DNA from: an uncultured delta proteobacterium
Lineage (GTDB): Bacteria; Myxococcota_A; Polyangia; Polyangiales; Polyangiaceae
DNA: 64,000 nt
Reading direction: 5' to 3'
Assembly: GCA_963806225.1 (NCBI GenBank)
Contig: CAWDXG010000004.1
Span: 5,312,001-5,376,000, forward strand
Under the pieces are notes generated by a model, which saw only the letters and a list, made by a program, of their open reading frames with translations, ran no database searches and was not told where the DNA came from. Shown here one piece after another: positions 39,506-48,843 of this stretch (the stretch's first letter is position 1; each line of letters starts with the position of its first letter). The position numbers and the translations under genes were made by a program.

Positions 39506-39523
39506 GCTTACCAAGTGGTAGGC
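39506..39523. promoter_or_regulatory. Probable TetR operator
   Basis: GCTTACCA-AG-TGGTAGGC palindrome (7/8); half-site GCTTACCA repeated at 39484-39491 over the start codon. Confidence 0.55.
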
Positions 39524-39597
39524 CGGCCTGCAAGCCAAAAAACGACGCAGCGCGGCAAGTTCTGTATATTGTTAGGTTCAAAGAGGTCGCAGCGCAG

Positions 39598-39850
39598 CTA
39601 CGGCGTCCTGGCCAGCGGGATGCCGGCGAGGTTGTTGCCGCCGATGGCGACGGGCGCGCTCCAACTGCCGGCGCTGCGCGTCGCGTACAGCACGGCGCTG
39701 TCCGACTGGCGCGCATAGGCGAGCAGGAGCTCCGGACCGGACGTCGTGCGCACGACGGCCGGGACGGTGACGTAGCTCGTGTCGCTGCCGAGCGAAGCGG
39801 AGTGCGACCAGCCACCAGGGGCGGCGCGGTCCTCTGTCGCCAGCTGGTTG
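39598..39850 (-). pseudogene. Startless C-terminal fragment of a beta-propeller-like secreted protein
   Basis: Frame reads ..GGWSHSASLGSDTSYVTVPAVVRTTSGPELLLAYARQSDSAVLYATRSAGSWSAPVAIGGNNLAGIPLARTP* with coding-like codons; no upstream in-frame start before a TAG near 39970. Confidence 0.5.
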
Positions 39851-40018
39851 GAACTGTCGCTATCGCGTTCACCCGGAAGGTGTGGGGCCCGAACGTGGAG
39901 CCGTAGCTCTCTGGCGCGCGGAGCCTGACCCGGCGCGCAATCGTCCGGTGCAGGTTGTCCCCTGCTGGGCTAGCCTCGCTCCGGGCGCAGCGCCATGCGG
40001 CGCAGCTGGAGGGAGCCG

Positions 40019-43006
40019 ATGGCGACGCACAGGAAGAAGAGCGAGACGACCAAGTCTACGTCGAGGTTGTCGCCCTCGCCCCCCGAGCCAGCGGCGGGGC
40101 CCGAAGCCGAAGCGGAATCCGGCGCCGGGTCCGCGGCGGAGGCCGACCCGAAACCCGAGCACGCGGAGGCAGCGTTCTACGTCGTCGGTCTGGGCGCTTC
40201 GGCGGGCGGGCTCGACGCGCTGGATGCGTTCTTCCAGGCCATGCCGGACGTGACGGGTATCGCGTTCGTAGTGCTGACGCATCAGCACCCCGGTCACGTC
40301 AGCCTTCTGCCCGACCTGATCGCCAAGCACACCGCGATGCCCGTGGAGCCGATCACCGAAGGGGTGATGCTCGAGCCGGACCGCGTGCTCGTCGCGCCGC
40401 CCGGGTACAACGTGCAGGTTCGTCGCGGCCGCCTCCACCTGACGAAGCTCGAGCATGACTACCTGCCGATCGATCGCTTCTTCCGCTCGCTGGCCGGGGA
40501 TCTAGACGGTCGCGCGGTGTGCGTGGTGCTCAGCGGGACGGGCACCGACGGCACACTCGGGCTGCGCGAGGTCAAGGCCCAGGGTGGCATGGCCATGGTG
40601 CAGGACGTGGAGTCCGCACGCTACGCCGGCATGCCGGAGAGCGCCGCCGACACGGGCCTCGCCGACTTCGTGCTGGCGCCCGACAAGATGGTGGAGTCGC
40701 TGCTCGCGTACGTGCGGGCGAGCGAGCCGTCGCTCGGCGTGGAGCCGGTCGCGGAGGTCGCCGGACCGCAGCAGCGCATCTTCGCGCTGCTGCGCGCTCG
40801 TACAGGCCAGGACTTCAGCGGCTACAAGCCGAACACCATGAGCCGGCGCATCGAGCGGCGCATGCGCGTACACCAGTTCGAACGGCCGGGTGACTACCTG
40901 CATCTGCTGGAGTCCAACCCGCACGAGCTCGATCTGCTGTCGAAGGAGCTCCTGATCAGCGTCACCAGCTTCTTCCGCGATCCGGAAGCATTCGTCGCCC
41001 TTGCGCTGCGGATAGAGCGGCAGGTCGGGGGCCTGCCCGACAACTACACCTTCCGCGTCTGGGTGCCGGGCTGCGCGACGGGTGAAGAGGCGTATTCGAT
41101 CGCGATCCTGCTGCAGGAAATCTCCGAACGGCTCGAGCGCCCCTTCCAGGTCCAGATCTTCGCGACCGATCTGGACGAGCGCGCAATCACCAGGGCGCGC
41201 GCTGGCCTGTATCCCGAGGGCATTGCTGCGGACGTGGGCCCCGACAGGCTCGCGCGCTTCTTCGTGCGCGCCGGCGCCAGCTATCGCGCGAGCAAGAGCA
41301 TTCGCGAGATGATCGTCTTCGCCGCGCAGAACGTGCTGAAGGATCCACCCTTCACGCGGCTCGACCTGATTTCGTGCCGCAACCTGCTCATCTACCTCAA
41401 CCCGGACCTCCAGCAGCGGCTCCTGCCGGTGCTGCACTACGCTCTCAAGCCGGGCGGGATCCTGATGCTCGGGACGTCCGAGACGGTTGGCGAAAGCGAA
41501 GATCTATTCGAGCCGCTCGACCGCAAGTGGCGCCTCTTCGCGCGACTAGCAGGGGCTCCCGTCGCGGTGCCGGCAGCCGCCTTCAAGGCGGGAGACGCGG
41601 GTGCGTCGCGGGTCATGCGGCGCGCTGTGGCGGCCTCGTCCTCTCCGGGGGCTGCGATCGAGAAAGCGCTGCTCGAGCGCTTCGCGCCGCCGACCGCGAT
41701 CGTGAACGAACGGGGCGACATCGCATATCTGCACGGGCGTACCGGCAGCTTCCTCGAGCCGAGCTCCGGCGAGCCGAAGAACAACCTGTACGCCATGGCC
41801 CGGGAGGGCCTGGAGCTCGAGCTGCCCGCGCTCGTCCGGGTAGCGTCCGACCAGGGACGCGAGGTGGCGCGTCGCGGGCTCTCCGTGCGCACCAACGGCG
41901 ACGTTGCCGAGGTAAACCTGCTGGCCAGTCCCATCCTCGAGCCGGAGAGTATCCGTGGGCTGATCCGCGTGAGTTTCGAGACAACCCAGAAACCCGCCCC
42001 CGGGAAGAAGTCGCGCCGGCGGAGCGGCGGGCGGACCAAGGAACTCGAGCTCGAGTTGCAGCACACGCGCGAGACGCTGCAGAGCACCATCGAGGAGCAG
42101 CAGAGCACGAACGAAGAGCTGCAGAGCGCCAACGAGGAGCTGCAGAGCACGAACGAGGAGCTGCAGAGCGCCAACGAGGAGCTGGAGACCTCGCGGGAAG
42201 AGCTGCAGTCGCTGAACGAGGAGCTGCAGACCGTCAACTCCGAGCTGCTGCTCAAGAACGACGCGCTCGCTCACTCCAATGACGACATGCAGAACCTCCT
42301 GCAGAGCACCGATATTGCGACGCTGTTCCTCGACACGGACCTGAAGATCAAGCGGTTCACGTCCCAGGCGCGCGAGGTGATCAATCTGATCCCGGGTGAC
42401 ATGGGTCGGCCGCTCGCTGACCTGTCGACCAACATCCGCTACGACCGGCTCGCCGAGGACGCCGCGCGAGTGCTCGACACGCTGGTGCCGCAGGAGACCG
42501 AGGTCCAGACCACCGACGGCGCGTGGCGGCTCATCCGGATGCTGCCCTACCGCACTTCACAGAACGTGATCGACGGCGTAGTGATCACGGTGATCGACAT
42601 CGATCGCATCAAGCGCGCCGAAGCGCTGGCAGCCTCGCGCGCCTTTGCCGAGAGCATCGTGCACACGGTCCGCGAGCCGCTGGTGGTGCTCGATCCGAAC
42701 CTCGCGGTCGTCACGGCGAACCACGCGTTCTTCGATAGTTTCGGGTTCGACGCCGGGCGCGTGACCGGGCGGCGGCTGGTGGATCTGCCGGGAGGCGAGT
42801 TCTGGGCTCTGCCGGAGCTCCGGACCCTGCTGGAAGAGGTGGCGTCCAAGGGCAGGGTCTTCGAGGACTTCGAGGTGGTACACGAGCTGCCCGGGATAGG
42901 CCCGCGCCGCCTGCTCCTGAACGCTCGCCGCCTCGAGGCGGGGTCGGGAAGCGTCCGTCATATTCTGTTGGCACTGGAGATCCAGAGCGCAACCGTTGCG
43001 CGTTGA
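40019..43006 (+). CDS. CheB/CheR fusion protein with coiled coil and PAS domains
   Basis: GASAGG, THQH, LSGTGTDG (CheB triad); ISVTSFFRD, WVPGCATGEEAYS, SCRNLLIY (CheR); NEELQS heptads; PAS. Confidence 0.95.
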   Translation: MATHRKKSETTKSTSRLSPSPPEPAAGPEAEAESGAGSAAEADPKPEHAEAAFYVVGLGASAGGLDALDAFFQAMPDVTGIAFVVLTHQHPGHVSLLPDLIAKHTAMPVEPITEGVMLEPDRVLVAPPGYNVQVRRGRLHLTKLEHDYLPIDRFFRSLAGDLDGRAVCVVLSGTGTDGTLGLREVKAQGGMAMVQDVESARYAGMPESAADTGLADFVLAPDKMVESLLAYVRASEPSLGVEPVAEVAGPQQRIFALLRARTGQDFSGYKPNTMSRRIERRMRVHQFERPGDYLHLLESNPHELDLLSKELLISVTSFFRDPEAFVALALRIERQVGGLPDNYTFRVWVPGCATGEEAYSIAILLQEISERLERPFQVQIFATDLDERAITRARAGLYPEGIAADVGPDRLARFFVRAGASYRASKSIREMIVFAAQNVLKDPPFTRLDLISCRNLLIYLNPDLQQRLLPVLHYALKPGGILMLGTSETVGESEDLFEPLDRKWRLFARLAGAPVAVPAAAFKAGDAGASRVMRRAVAASSSPGAAIEKALLERFAPPTAIVNERGDIAYLHGRTGSFLEPSSGEPKNNLYAMAREGLELELPALVRVASDQGREVARRGLSVRTNGDVAEVNLLASPILEPESIRGLIRVSFETTQKPAPGKKSRRRSGGRTKELELELQHTRETLQSTIEEQQSTNEELQSANEELQSTNEELQSANEELETSREELQSLNEELQTVNSELLLKNDALAHSNDDMQNLLQSTDIATLFLDTDLKIKRFTSQAREVINLIPGDMGRPLADLSTNIRYDRLAEDAARVLDTLVPQETEVQTTDGAWRLIRMLPYRTSQNVIDGVVITVIDIDRIKRAEALAASRAFAESIVHTVREPLVVLDPNLAVVTANHAFFDSFGFDAGRVTGRRLVDLPGGEFWALPELRTLLEEVASKGRVFEDFEVVHELPGIGPRRLLLNARRLEAGSGSVRHILLALEIQSATVAR
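42100..42240 (+). repeat. Intragenic 21-bp tandem repeat encoding (T/A)NEELQS heptads
   Basis: Repeated aacgaggagctgcagagc units within the CheB/CheR coiled coil. Confidence 0.85.
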
Positions 43007-43040
43007 CCGCGGCCGGATCTGCCGTACGCTGCGGAGTCCA

Positions 43041-44873
43041 ATGGGGGGGCTCGTCACAAGTGTGCAGGATCTCAGGAGCCGCGCGGAAGCTGCACTTCGC
43101 AAGACGGAGCGCGACGTGCGCGCCCTCGCACCCGAGGAGGTCCAGCGCCTCGTGCACGAGCTGCAGGTGCACCAGATCGAGCTCGAGATGCAGAACGACG
43201 AGCTCCGCCGCGCCCAGGGGGAGCTCGAGGAATCGCGCGAGCGCTTCCAGGAGCTGTTCGAACGCGCTCCTGCTGGCTATCTAAACGTCGACGCCGACGG
43301 TGTCATCGTGCGTGCGAACCCCGCCGCCGGAACCCTGCTGGGCGTCGAGCCCGCGCTTCTGCCGGGGCGCCGCGTCCACGAGCTCGTGACGCCGCAGGAC
43401 CTGCGGCAGCTCCGGGAGCACCTGCGCGCGGTGTTCGAGCGCAACGAGCACGCGGAATGCGAGCTGTCGCTGGTGCGCGCGGGCGGCAATAACCTGTCCG
43501 TGCGGCTTGACAGCAATCCGCGCGAGCGCGGCTGCCTGATGCTCCTGACCGACATCAGCGAGCGCAAGCGGGCGGAAGGAGCGCTGCTCAGGTTGGCTCA
43601 GCAGCTGGAGGAGCGCGTGGAGGTGCGCACCAGCGAGCTCGCCGACAAGAACCGCCGTTTGCAGTGGGAGATGGCCGAGCGCTCGCGGGCCGAGCAGGAA
43701 CGCCAGCAGCTCGAGACGCGCCTCCGCAGCGCCGAACGGCTCGAGAGCCTCGCCCAGCTCGCGGGCGGCATCGCGCACGATTTCAACAACCTGCTCGTTG
43801 GCGTCCTGGGCAACGCCGACCTCCTGCTCGGTGAAGAAGGGCTCACGCCCGCGATGCGCGAGTCGCTATCGCTGATCAAGCAGTCCGCGCTCGCCACCAC
43901 CGGCCTCACCCGGCAGATGCTGGTGTACGCTGGGCATTCGCAGCGCTCTGTCCAGCGAGTGGCCGCCGCGCGAGTTGTCGAGGAAGCTCTCGAGGAGGCC
44001 CGCCGGCACGCTCCCGAGCGCGTGCGCGTGGTGGACGAGATCGGGACCGACCTGCCGGACGTGATGGCGGACGAGGTGCAGCTGAAGGAGCTCGTGAGGC
44101 ACCTGGTCATGAACGGGCTTGAAGCCGTCGCGGGGGGACAGGGGCAGGTCGCGGTGCGTGCCTACGCTGTGGACTTCGACGAACACGAGCTGTCGACGTT
44201 CACGCTTCGCTCGGGCGCCGCGCCGGGACGCTACGTCGTGATCGCGGTCGACGATACCGGCCACGGCATGGACGCCGACATGCAGGCGCGCGCATTCGAC
44301 CCATTCTTCACCACCAAGTTCGTCGGCCGCGGGCTGGGGCTCGCATCGGTGTTGGGCGTGGTGCGCGGTCATCATGGCGCACTGAGCTTGTGGAGCGAGC
44401 CAGGGCGGGGCACCAGCATCCAGGTCGCGTTGCCGGGGGCTCCAGAGTTGGAAAAGCCGCGGCCGGCGCCGCGAAGCGACTTGCCGTGGAAGGGCTCGGG
44501 GCACGTGCTGCTCATCGACGACGACGAGCTGGTGCGCGGTGTCGTCGCGCGCCAGCTCCTGCGCATGGGGTTCGAGGCGGTGGTCCAGGCTGCAAGCGGG
44601 CGCAACGGGCTCGATCGCTACGCGGAGCCGGGACGGAAGTTCTCGCTCGTGGTGCTCGACCGCACCATGCCCGGGCTATCCGGCGAGCAGGTGCTCCTCA
44701 AGCTCAGGGAGCTGGACCCGGTCGTCCCGGTGCTCATGATCAGCGGCTACAGCGCGGAGAGCGTCGACATCGACGATCCGCACATGGCGTTCCTGCAGAA
44801 GCCGATGACGGAGGACGCGCTCCGGCAGGCGCTTGGCGACCTGCTCGACGGCAAGGCTGCCGTCGCGCGCTGA
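43041..44873 (+). CDS. PAS-containing hybrid sensor histidine kinase/receiver
   Basis: HELQVHQIELEMQN, PAS, H-box AGGIAHDFNNLL, DTGHGM, DPFFTTK, GLGL, receiver LIDDD..LDRTMP..KP. Confidence 0.95.
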   Translation: MGGLVTSVQDLRSRAEAALRKTERDVRALAPEEVQRLVHELQVHQIELEMQNDELRRAQGELEESRERFQELFERAPAGYLNVDADGVIVRANPAAGTLLGVEPALLPGRRVHELVTPQDLRQLREHLRAVFERNEHAECELSLVRAGGNNLSVRLDSNPRERGCLMLLTDISERKRAEGALLRLAQQLEERVEVRTSELADKNRRLQWEMAERSRAEQERQQLETRLRSAERLESLAQLAGGIAHDFNNLLVGVLGNADLLLGEEGLTPAMRESLSLIKQSALATTGLTRQMLVYAGHSQRSVQRVAAARVVEEALEEARRHAPERVRVVDEIGTDLPDVMADEVQLKELVRHLVMNGLEAVAGGQGQVAVRAYAVDFDEHELSTFTLRSGAAPGRYVVIAVDDTGHGMDADMQARAFDPFFTTKFVGRGLGLASVLGVVRGHHGALSLWSEPGRGTSIQVALPGAPELEKPRPAPRSDLPWKGSGHVLLIDDDELVRGVVARQLLRMGFEAVVQAASGRNGLDRYAEPGRKFSLVVLDRTMPGLSGEQVLLKLRELDPVVPVLMISGYSAESVDIDDPHMAFLQKPMTEDALRQALGDLLDGKAAVAR

Positions 44874-44910
44874 ATTCGCTCTAGCCCGGCGCTTGCCGGG
44901 GCCGCAGGAG

Positions 44911-45741
44911 CTACGGCTTGAGCGGGTCGCAGCCCTGGCCGAAACAGATGGCGAGCACGGGGTGCAGCTCGACGCCGTTCGGAGCCATGCCGGTCGGCGG
45001 ATTCTGGTTCGACAGCTCGAAGGTATCGAAGAAACCGACGCCGACCACGGTCGCGGTGCCGAGCTGGGCGAAGCTCTTCGCGCCCGGATTCTTCGCGTCC
45101 ACTGCCGCGCGCGCATGCGTGATCGCGCAGCGCCACGGCGTGCCGCTCGTGCAGCCCTTGTGACCCACGCACCCCGGATAGGGAACCTCGACGAGCATGG
45201 TGTGCCCCGAGCCGTCGCTCGCGATGAGGTGGTAGTCGCCGTCGGCTTCGAGACGCTCGAACTTCAACGTCACGTCCTTGAGCTCGTAGGTCTTGAGCTC
45301 GGCCGGCTGCCGCTTGCAGTAGCTCACGCTGGGCGTCGGCAGCGAGATGAGCGTCTGGATCGTCGTTACCTCCGGAACCAGGTTCACCTTGCCCACGTCC
45401 TGGTCGGTCCCTGTCTTGACGCCCCAACGCCAGGTGCCGCAGCTACTGCCGTTGTTCGCGTAGGCCGTCGAGGGCGTCGTGCACGAGACCGCGCTGGCCG
45501 TCCCGCCGACGCCGGCCGTTCCGCCGCTGCCTGCCGCGCTGGTGTCGGCTCCCGAATCGGTCGGTGACCCGCTCGTTCCGCCCGCGCCGCCTGACCCCGA
45601 GCTCGACCCGGTTGAAACGCCGCTGCATGCGGCGGCCAGGACGAGCGAACCGAGAGCGAGGAGAGCTGTTCGTCGGATGATCAAGGCGGGACCTGCTTTC
45701 CTGGTGCTTCGCGCCCCGCCGAACCAGCCCAGTAGCTTCAT
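44911..45741 (-). CDS. Lipoprotein of unknown function with probable OB-fold-like domain
   Basis: LAAAC lipobox; Gly/Ser linker; CGTWRWGVKT, EADGDYHL, LVEVP, GVGFFD, NGVELHPV. Confidence 0.75.
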   Translation of the reverse strand: MKLLGWFGGARSTRKAGPALIIRRTALLALGSLVLAAACSGVSTGSSSGSGGAGGTSGSPTDSGADTSAAGSGGTAGVGGTASAVSCTTPSTAYANNGSSCGTWRWGVKTGTDQDVGKVNLVPEVTTIQTLISLPTPSVSYCKRQPAELKTYELKDVTLKFERLEADGDYHLIASDGSGHTMLVEVPYPGCVGHKGCTSGTPWRCAITHARAAVDAKNPGAKSFAQLGTATVVGVGFFDTFELSNQNPPTGMAPNGVELHPVLAICFGQGCDPLKP

Positions 45742-45799
45742 ACCACAGGCAGGGCTGGAGCGGCTCGGCGTGAGGCACCCCCGCGCTGTGGCTGTTTTC

Positions 45800-47135
45800 C
45801 TACCTGGCCGTCGTTGGCACCAGGAAGCGCTGGCGGCAGGTCCGCGCGGCGATGTCGTAGATGCAGATCTCGCTGTCGTTCCGGCGCAGGAACAGATAGC
45901 GGTCGTCCGCGGAGATATTGATGTTCTCCGGCGTGAAATCCAGCCCGAAGTGCGAAGCCTTCGCCGCGGCGATGTCGAGATCGAACACGTCGTTCTGCAA
46001 CACGTAGGCGTGCTCCGAGTCGCTGCTCATGGCGAAGTTGTCGAGCTTGACGACCGGCCCCGAAAGCGGACGGAAGCTGCGGCTCGGAACGTCGAAGAGC
46101 CGCGCCGTATCCCCCGTCCAGCTCGAATCGACGAGCAGCACGTTTCCATCCGGCGTGACCGCGAAGCGCGGCAGCGCATCGCCCACCTCGGCAAAGTCGT
46201 AGTGCAGCGTACCGGTATCGATCAGCATCAGCTGGTAGCGGGCCGTGTCCGGCCCGGGCATCTGGCTCGGGTCGTCGAACAGCGAGGGGTCGCCCTGGTC
46301 GCGGTCATAGAAGGCCACGGCGATGTTGCCGTGCGGCGCCCGTGCCACCGGACCAAAGCCTGGCAGGTTCTTGTCGAAGCCCTCCGAGCCGGGTGACAGA
46401 TCGATCACACTGACCGGATCCTTCGAGCAGTGTGTCGGCGCCAGGAACGCCCGCTTCCCGTCCGCGGAGATCACGACCCGGTCTGCGCAGTTGGGCACGT
46501 TGATCGTGGTGGTAGCGCCGCTCGCGAGCTCGATCAGCGTGAGCCGGGTCGTGGGCGCTTGGCCCTGCCATGTCTCCGGCTCCTCGACGAGTGCACGGGA
46601 CGAGTCCGGCAGGAGCTCGAACGTCCGCGACCCCGCTGTCGAAATAGCGGGATAGCCGCTCGTGACCGCTGGTCGCGTCGAGGATCTGGACGCGATGCGC
46701 GCTGGCGGCCACGACGAAGCGGTCGTCCTTCGAAGACTCGAGGCGCAGCCCGTTGGTGGAGGCATCGTCGACCGGCGAATGCCAGAGCACGGAGTGCGCT
46801 TTCACGTCCACGGCGTCGACTTCACCGCTGCTTTCGCTGCCGACATACACCACGCTGCGTTGGTTCGAGAACGCCAACCGCGACGGCGAATCCACCGGCA
46901 GCGGCTGGATCTGGCCGGTGTCCACCCAGCCGACGGCCAGCTTGTTGTCGCGCGTGAACAGCACGTAGTTGCCCACTGGCGCGACGGCGATGTCGCCGAT
47001 GCCGAGCTGTACGCCGCCGGGCTGGTTGCCCACGCCCTTCTGGTTCGGGTTCGCGCCGCCCTGTTCGCAGGCGAGCAGCGCCAGCACGACCGGCACGGCG
47101 CAGGTCACCGTCGCCCACCAAGTGGTCTTCCCCAT
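45800..47135 (-). CDS. YncE-like beta-propeller lipoprotein; +1 frameshift at ~46620
   Basis: GGAGG RBS, MGKTT..LALLAC; removing one A at 46620/46621 joins DSGVAD to VELLPDSSRAL; propeller repeats ISADGKR, VTPDGN, ISADDRY. Confidence 0.8.
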
Positions 47136-47175
47136 TCCGACACCTCCAAGCAAGAAACGAAGCGATGAAGCCCAT

Positions 47176-47191
47176 CGCAAACCCCGTGCCG
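47176..47191 (-). promoter_or_regulatory. sigma-54 promoter of the propeller-lipoprotein gene
   Basis: Minus strand CGGCACGGGGTTTGCG, near-consensus GG-N10-GC, ~41 nt before the ATG. Confidence 0.7.
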
Positions 47192-47237
47192 GGCCGCGGC
47201 TCTACGCACTTTGCCGCGTCTTGTGCCCCGCGACCGC

Positions 47238-47295
47238 ATCGTGACCCTGACAATCCGGTCATGCCCCGCCGTCGCGCGCGCCGATCGTGACCCTG
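47238..47295. promoter_or_regulatory. Direct repeat ATCGTGACCCTG x2, candidate enhancer (bEBP) sites
   Basis: Exact 12-mers at 47238-47249 and 47284-47295, 50-100 bp upstream of the sigma-54 element. Confidence 0.45.
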
Positions 47296-47455
47296 GGCTT
47301 CGAGATCCGCTGGCGCTAGACGGCAACGCTTGTCGTCCGTCAACGTGCGTGTCGACGGCGCAGGAGTTCCGTGCTGGCCGCATGACAAGGCTCATTTGGG
47401 ATCGTGGCGAGGCCTGGAAGCCTCGCCGCTTCCCAAAAGCAGGGGGCAGGTGAAC

Positions 47456-48673
47456 ATGGAAGCGAATCTCGACCACAGGAAGCTCTACCGACTGCCGTGG
47501 AATCTGGCAGACAACCCGATCGTCTGGCTCGAGCCGACGCAGCAGTGCAACCTCGCCTGCGACGGCTGCTACCGACAGAACGTCCGCGAACACAAGCCGG
47601 TCGACGAGGTGCAGAGCGACCTCGACACGTTCGCGCGGCTGCGCAACTTCGACGGCGTGTCGATCGCGGGCGGGGATCCACTCTGCCACCCGGACGTGGT
47701 GCAGATCGTCGAGCGCGTCACGAGGATGGGCCGCAAGGCGATCCTCAACACGAACGGTCTCGATCTGGACCGCGAGCTGCTCAGCGAGCTCAAGAAGGCG
47801 GGCCTGGTCGGGCTGACGTTCCACGTCGATTCGCGGCAGGGCCGCCCTGGCTGGCGCAACAAGACCGAAGCGCAGATGAACGAGCTGCGCTCGGAGTTCG
47901 CGGAGATGGTGGCGAGCGTGGGCGGGCTGGCCTGCGCGTTCAACTCGACGGTCTACGAGGACACGCTGGATCAGAGCGTGGACATCCTGGAGTGGGCCGG
48001 CAAGAACATCGACATAGTCCACACGGTGGTGTTCATCGCCTACCGCAATGCGGCGCTCGACAACTTCGAGTACTACGCGGGCGGCAAGCGGATCGACATG
48101 GGCGATGTCGTCTACTCGGAGAAGGAGAAGCGCCGCGCCGACATCAGCTCACGCGAGGTCGTGGCAAAGCTCAGGGAGCGCTTCCCCGATTTCTCGCCCT
48201 GCGCCTACCTCAACGGTACCGAGCAGCCCGACTCGTTCAAGTGGCTGATGACGATGCGGTTCGGCGACGGACAGCGCATCCACGGCTACGCCGGCCCGCG
48301 TTTCATGGAGGCGGTGCAGGCGGGCTACCACCTGGTCAAGGGCCGCTACCTCGCGTACTCGTCGCCCGGCGCGCTGGGCATGGGTCGTTCGGTGCTGGCC
48401 AGCTCGCTGTGGGACGGGCAGATCCGCGACGCCGCGAAGAGCTACCTCGGCTGGGTGACGGCTCATCCGCGCGATCTGCTCAAGCCGGTGCACATGCAAT
48501 CGGTACTGGTGATCCAGCCCATCGACGTGTTGGCCGACGGACGACAGAACATGTGCGACGGCTGTCCGGACATGACGATCCACGACGGACGGCTCGCCTG
48601 GTCCTGCCGGCTGGAGGAGGTCAAGCAGTTCGGACAGTTCGTGGCGTCCACGCCGAAGCCGCCGCCGAGCTAG
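47456..48673 (+). CDS. Radical SAM protein of unknown function with C-terminal CxxC..C motif
   Basis: WLEPTQQCNLACDGCYR, IAGGDPL, LNTNG; C-terminal NMCDGCPDMT..WSCRLEE. Confidence 0.9.
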   Translation: MEANLDHRKLYRLPWNLADNPIVWLEPTQQCNLACDGCYRQNVREHKPVDEVQSDLDTFARLRNFDGVSIAGGDPLCHPDVVQIVERVTRMGRKAILNTNGLDLDRELLSELKKAGLVGLTFHVDSRQGRPGWRNKTEAQMNELRSEFAEMVASVGGLACAFNSTVYEDTLDQSVDILEWAGKNIDIVHTVVFIAYRNAALDNFEYYAGGKRIDMGDVVYSEKEKRRADISSREVVAKLRERFPDFSPCAYLNGTEQPDSFKWLMTMRFGDGQRIHGYAGPRFMEAVQAGYHLVKGRYLAYSSPGALGMGRSVLASSLWDGQIRDAAKSYLGWVTAHPRDLLKPVHMQSVLVIQPIDVLADGRQNMCDGCPDMTIHDGRLAWSCRLEEVKQFGQFVASTPKPPPS

Positions 48674-48843
48674 CGCGAGTCCGATCCCCCGGAGAGCGGC
48701 GCCTGGAAGGCCTCGGGTGGCGGCCGAAATGCACGCGGGCGGGTGCATCCGGCGCGTGGTACGCTCTGCGTCCGCCGGGGGATAGCCTGACGCGTGCTGC
48801 CGTGAAGCGCACGCGCCGGAGCCCCGTGCGCACGGAGGCAGCC

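Noticed and set aside
42100..42240. Tandem 21-bp repeats as a possible CRISPR or VNTR
   Set aside because: No spacers; in-frame coiled-coil heptads of the CheB/CheR protein.
44885..44902. GC hairpin cccggc-gctt-gccggg between convergent genes as a terminator
   Set aside because: Short stem, no U-tract, and expected by chance at this GC content.
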